From Steroidobacteraceae bacterium (GTDB lineage: Bacteria > Pseudomonadota > Gammaproteobacteria > Steroidobacterales > Steroidobacteraceae): a stretch of DNA of 56,189 nt. This document shows, in pieces, positions 54,417-56,189 of the stretch. The number at the start of each line of letters is the position of its first letter. The stretch's first letter is position 1. The position numbers and the translations under genes were made by a program. The notes below the pieces were generated by a model. The model was not told the DNA's origin. It was given only the letters and a program-made list of their open reading frames with translations, and did not search any database. The stretch covers positions 1 through 56,189 of the forward strand of contig DASZVD010000105.1 of assembly GCA_035547375.1 (NCBI GenBank), read 5' to 3'.

Positions 54417-55184
54417 ATGCGGCGACGAGGAAAGGGAAAGGCGACTGTCGAACGGGAAGCTGCCGTGATCCGCCCGGCCACAGCGTCATCAGCTACAGGA
54501 TCGGCTTCCCGGGGCGGCAGGCCCCGTGCTGCGAGAATCGCCTTGGGCCTGGGGACGAAGGAGAAGATCCTGGAGGCGGCGAAGCAGCATTTCGCCGAAT
54601 TCGGCCTGGCGCACGCATCCATCAGGGCCATCACCCGCATGGCGGGGGTGAACTCGGCGCTGATCCGTTACCACTACGGTTCCAAGCACGCCCTTTACGA
54701 GGAAGTCGTCCGGGCCATTGCGCGGCGCCTCATTGCGACACGCGTCGCGGCGCTCGAGGACTTAAGGGCCGCGCATGGAGGCGATGTTGTACCGATTGAG
54801 CAACTCCTGCGGGCATACGCCGAGCCCCTGTTTCCTCGAGCGCACGCGGATCTTTCGCAGGACGCAGCGATTTACCTGCGCTTTTTCGGTCGGATGTACA
54901 CAGAGCCCTCGGACGAGCTCAAAGGGATCATTCAATCTCAGTTCACCGAGCTGCAGCTGATGTACATCGAGGAAATTCACAAAGCCGTTGCCCACCTGTC
55001 GCGCGAGACCACGGTATTCAGGTTTGGGTTGCTGATCGGCTCACTGACCCTGCTTGGCTCCAAACTGGGCGTGCTCAGCATTCTGTCTGCTGGGCGCCTG
55101 AACGAAGACGACACAGCGGCAACGCTGTCGCAATACGTAACCGCCTACGCGGCGTTGTTCAGGGCACCGGAACCCAGCGCGTAG
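54417..55184 (+). CDS. TetR/AcrR family transcriptional regulator
   Basis: ILEAAKQHFAEFGLAHASIRAITRMAGVNSALIRYHYGSKHALYEEV is a canonical TetR HTH. The start is uncertain (54342 or 54417). Confidence 0.85.
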   Translation: MRRRGKGKATVEREAAVIRPATASSATGSASRGGRPRAARIALGLGTKEKILEAAKQHFAEFGLAHASIRAITRMAGVNSALIRYHYGSKHALYEEVVRAIARRLIATRVAALEDLRAAHGGDVVPIEQLLRAYAEPLFPRAHADLSQDAAIYLRFFGRMYTEPSDELKGIIQSQFTELQLMYIEEIHKAVAHLSRETTVFRFGLLIGSLTLLGSKLGVLSILSAGRLNEDDTAATLSQYVTAYAALFRAPEPSA

Positions 55185-55439
55185 ACTGGATGCTGGGATC
55201 CCATCCCCTGGCGATCGCGGTTGACCCCAGGCACAGCATCACACGGCTATTTATCGACCCCGGCAAAGATGGGGAATTACTGCGTGAAATCGATGAATAG
55301 GAAGGGCAGCCAACAACGGCGGCGGCACTTAAACTAGCGCAGCGTATTTGTTCGGCCCGTCGAGCTTCAAGGGTGTAGCCGATCACTTGACATCAACTTG
55401 CGTGCGAACGTCGCTTAACGCACTTCATCGAGAAGACAC

Positions 55440-55715
55440 ATGCGCTTCGTCTGGGATCCAAAGAAGGCCGCTGCCAACTCGAGGAAGCACGGCGTTTCCT
55501 TTGAAGAGGCCAGTACTGCGTTCATCGACGACTTTGCTGCAACCGGCGCAGATCCTGACCACTCCAGCGAGGAGGAGCGCTGGATCACATTCGGGGTATC
55601 AGCACGCCGACGGCTACTGGCGGTGTCCCATACCGAGGAGGAAGGGGATATTATTCGCATTATCAGCGCACGGCCGGCAACGCGTACTGAGCGGAAATTT
55701 TATGAAGAAGGGTAA
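55440..55715 (+). CDS. BrnT family toxin (DUF497)
   Basis: MRFVWDPKKAAANSRKHGVSFEEASTAF...ERWITFGVSARRRLLAVSHTEEEGDIIRIISARPATRTERKFYEE matches the BrnT pattern. Confidence 0.9.
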   Translation: MRFVWDPKKAAANSRKHGVSFEEASTAFIDDFAATGADPDHSSEEERWITFGVSARRRLLAVSHTEEEGDIIRIISARPATRTERKFYEEG

Positions 55716-55935
55716 ATCATCTCGGAACGACGAGCTGCGTCGCGAATACAAGCGCGCGGATTTTCCGAGAGGACTCGTGCGAGGCAAGTACGCGGCGCGG
55801 GTCGCCGCACGGTCCAATATCGTTCGCCTGGACCCAGAAATTGCAGATGCCTTTCCCACGAGCGAGGCGGTGAACGAAGCGCTGGGCGCTGTTCTTCGGG
55901 CCGCCAAGCACGCGCGCTTGGTCAAACGGCGTTGA
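55702..55935 (+). CDS. putative cognate antitoxin of BrnT (family not confidently recognised)
   Basis: The ATG overlaps the toxin 3' end by 14 nt. The 77-aa product has ...EYKRADFPRGLVRGKYAARVAARSNIVRLDPEIADAFPTSEAVNEALGAVL, a pattern I associate with small partners of DUF497 toxins. Confidence 0.65.
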   Translation: MKKGKSSRNDELRREYKRADFPRGLVRGKYAARVAARSNIVRLDPEIADAFPTSEAVNEALGAVLRAAKHARLVKRR

Positions 55936-56031
55936 TCTCTCTTCCAGTCGTATGATTGCCCGATGAAGTCACTCGGGTGGCGCTGACGAACGAGCAAGCC
56001 GGCATCCCATGACCGGCCCTCCCCGTCGCGA

Positions 56032-56189
56032 CTACTGCTCGTGAAAAAACCTTTGGCGCAAGGCGACGCGACGGGCCAGCTCCCGCAGGGCGGCCGGCGT
56101 CAGGATGTTCCAGGTCGGAAAGCGCACCGGCACGAGTGCGGGCTGTGTCGTGGGAGGGGCTCCGGCCAGACACAGCCAGCGGCCGCTGC
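56032..56189 (-). CDS. 3' end of an unidentified gene (partial, continues beyond window end)
   Basis: Own translation of the GC3-rich frame: ...ALVPVRFPTWNILTPAALRELARRVALRQRFFHEQ, with stop TAG at 56034-56032. It codes better than the tracked 83-aa ORF in another frame. No family call. Confidence 0.3.
   Translation of the reverse strand, partial: SGRWLCLAGAPPTTQPALVPVRFPTWNILTPAALRELARRVALRQRFFHEQ

Noticed and set aside
55922-56173. 83-aa minus-strand ORF at the window end
   Set aside because: The product is low-complexity Arg/Gly/Ala. Another frame on the same strand (stop at 56032-56034) has better codon bias and a more protein-like sequence, and that frame is the one reported, at low confidence.

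Overview
High-GC proteobacterial chromosome segment (gamma/beta-type synteny; organism not identifiable from sequence alone). 1-10.2 kb is a conserved housekeeping block: uppP (partial), DUF185-type methyltransferase, pteridine reductase, folK-folB, tsaD, rpsU, yqeY-like, dnaG, rpoD. 10.2-14.2 kb holds small conserved genes and a MocR-type regulator divergent from a PNPOx-family gene. 14.2-34.1 kb is the most unusual part. It contains a translationally coupled envelope module (CxxCH lipoprotein, CxxCH beta-barrel, 4-TM protein). This module is divergent from a ~17-kb locus with four radical SAM enzymes (three B12-binding, one SPASM-type), three methyltransferases, two GT4 glycosyltransferases, an acyltransferase_3, an amidohydrolase, a flavin-reductase-like protein, an HprK-like P-loop protein, an NTP_transf_5-like protein and an MsbA-type ABC exporter. 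I found no scaffold enzyme and no precursor-peptide gene, so this is my best candidate for an undescribed system. Its longest operon is preceded by a peculiar tandem Shine-Dalgarno-like repeat leader. 34.2-42.6 kb carries a CDGSH protein, a permease/aminotransferase/cyclodeaminase set, a stand-alone LigD and a GstA-like GST. A tRNA with anticodon CAT (42628-42700) is followed by an apparently lower-GC accessory region. That region has a decayed gene remnant, an AraC-nitrilase-aldoxime dehydratase-GST module, two TonB-dependent receptor loci and two toxin-antitoxin pairs, one with the toxin interrupted by an in-frame TGA. I saw no rRNA, CRISPR array, transposase or integrase. All family calls rest on motif and pattern recognition of the translations, not on database searches.
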